A stretch of DNA of 64,000 nt, from positions 4,121 to 68,120 of the forward strand of contig JAZUDT010000002.1 of the NCBI GenBank assembly GCA_045639785.1, written 5' to 3'. The notes beneath the pieces were generated by a model. It did not search any database. It had not been told where the DNA came from and saw nothing but the letters and a program-made list of their open reading frames with translations. The position numbers were made by a program, and so were the translations under genes. This DNA is from Acutalibacteraceae bacterium. GTDB taxonomy: Bacteria; Bacillota; Clostridia; Oscillospirales; Acutalibacteraceae. Shown here in pieces: positions 63,154 through 64,000 of the stretch; positions within the stretch are counted from its first letter, which is position 1, and the number at the start of each line of letters is the position of its first letter.

Positions 63154-63630
63154 ATGGAAAATAAATATAGTATTTTAAAAAATATAATTGAACAGGCAAT
63201 AGAATCATTTAACGAAAAAGAAGAATATCTTATAAAAAACGATCTCAGCGAACGATGTATATGTTCAAGATTTGCTACATATATTACCACAGCATTGCAA
63301 GTTACTGAATTCCATGATTATGTTGCTGATGTGGAATATAATCGTGGAGCTATGGGTAAGGAAAATGGAATAAAGAAAATGGATAATAACCCAATTACGG
63401 TTGATCTAATTGTTCATAAAAGAGGATATGATATTTGGAGCGGATTCATAAATCTGATATGTATTGAAATGAAAAAATCTACAGATAGACGTGGTTGTGC
63501 TGATGATGAAGAACGATTGCGAAAAATGTGTAGTTATGAATATAAATTTTCCTATTCAGCAGGTTTTATGATTTTAATAAATAAAAAAGAAAATCGATTA
63601 GAAATAAAGAGAGAGTTTTGTTTGAGTTAA
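63154..63630 (+). CDS. hypothetical protein, possible PD-(D/E)xK nuclease fold
   Basis: VDLIVHKRG...NLICIEMKK gives a D ... E-x-K arrangement with about 20-aa spacing. Support is weak and motif-level only. Confidence 0.3.
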   Translation: MENKYSILKNIIEQAIESFNEKEEYLIKNDLSERCICSRFATYITTALQVTEFHDYVADVEYNRGAMGKENGIKKMDNNPITVDLIVHKRGYDIWSGFINLICIEMKKSTDRRGCADDEERLRKMCSYEYKFSYSAGFMILINKKENRLEIKREFCLS

Positions 63631-63635
63631 TAATA

Positions 63636-63698
63636 GGCAAAAAGGAATTTGAGGAGTGGAAAGAGAAACAAGCCGAAAAACAAAATGTGGATGTTTAA
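63636..63698 (+). pseudogene. 3' remnant of a paralogue of the 62179-62574 gene
   Basis: It reads GKKEFEEWKEKQAEKQNVDV*. The first 28 nt match 62515-62542 at 24/28 positions. No upstream ORF continues the frame. Confidence 0.5.
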
Positions 63699-63832
63699 AG
63701 CAGGTGCAATTATTGATTATTACGGCTTATTTAAACTAAAAAGTGATAGGTTAGTATACTTTAATTACTTTAAAATTTAAAACGCATACAACGCAAAAAA
63801 GTACCGAAATCAGCACCATATTTATACAGCAC

Positions 63833-63868
63833 AGCAGACCGAAGAGCTTTTCCTCGGTCTGCTTTTTT
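63833..63868. terminator. terminator between convergent genes
   Basis: The agcagaccga / tcggtctgct stem is followed by tttttt, directly abutting the TnpV stop. Confidence 0.7.
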
Positions 63869-63871
63869 AGG

Positions 63872-64000
63872 TTAATTATAAATCAGTTCAGCGTTAACGA
63901 TTTCCGTTGCACGGTTGCGGATATTATTCATCTTCTGCACCCACAGCATCTGATTTTCAGCTTTGAGTTGTTCGGTTATACCCTCGGATTTTGCCATATC
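63872..64000 (-). CDS. tnpV: TnpV-like transposon protein, C-terminal fragment (5' end outside window)
   Basis: The minus-strand frame reads ...MAKSEGITEQLKAENQMLWVQKMNNIRNRATEIVNAELIYN*. This resembles the conserved C-terminus of TnpV proteins of Tn4451-type clostridial elements. Confidence 0.6.
   Translation of the reverse strand, partial: DMAKSEGITEQLKAENQMLWVQKMNNIRNRATEIVNAELIYN

Larger units (their letters stand above)
52940..64000. mobile_element. AT-rich integrative element (large serine recombinase ... TnpV), right end beyond window
   Basis: Base composition drops abruptly: by eye about 25-35% GC against about 50% to the left. The block holds a serine recombinase at the left edge and a TnpV-like partial gene at the window edge. 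The cargo is R-M and defence-type genes plus a SWIM protein typical of clostridial transposon cargo. Confidence 0.7.

Noticed and set aside
1-64000. tRNA, rRNA or tmRNA genes
   Set aside because: Intergenic regions are short. None shows cloverleaf-compatible arms or rRNA-like conserved blocks on either strand.

Overview
This is a chromosomal segment of an endospore-forming Firmicute, probably Clostridia, judged from spoIIID, the rpsF-ssb-rpsR cluster, and about 50% GC by eye. Coordinates 1-37,500 are mostly ordinary housekeeping and accessory-metabolism genes. They include malQ, an ArsR-regulated Cd/Zn-type P-type ATPase operon, spoIIID, and a complete seven-gene myo-inositol catabolism operon (iolJCBDEAG order on the minus strand). 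They also include a lysine-riboswitch-controlled NhaC antiporter, two GPH/MFS sugar transporters, secreted beta-helix and transglutaminase-like proteins, and rpsF-ssb-rpsR.

Three accessory blocks stand out.

- **(1) 37.6-44.0 kb:** a compact phage head and DNA-packaging module running from terS to the head-closure gene. It has no integrase, replication, tail or lysis genes.
- **(2) 45.6-52.9 kb:** a peptide-export locus with a truncated HlyD-like protein, two NHLP-type ABC exporters (one carrying a C39 peptidase domain) and an ECF-like sigma factor. Downstream are seven tandem small genes; six have clear double-glycine leaders and unrelated, net-anionic cores. Three copies of a conserved promoter/5'UTR module drive them. 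No modification or immunity genes are visible.
- **(3) 52.9 kb to the window end:** an AT-rich integrative element bounded by a large serine recombinase and a partial TnpV gene.
  - It carries an XRE regulator, two D12-class adenine methyltransferases and an AlwI-like endonuclease.
  - It carries an ApeA-like HEPN protein.
  - It carries a TcmP-like protein paired with a C-x3-C-x3-C radical-SAM-like enzyme. This pair is my best candidate for an uncharacterised defence or DNA-modification system.
  - The 7.4-kb XRE-to-radical-SAM-like cassette is flanked by an imperfect inverted repeat of about 40 bp.

No rRNA genes, tRNA genes or CRISPR arrays were seen.
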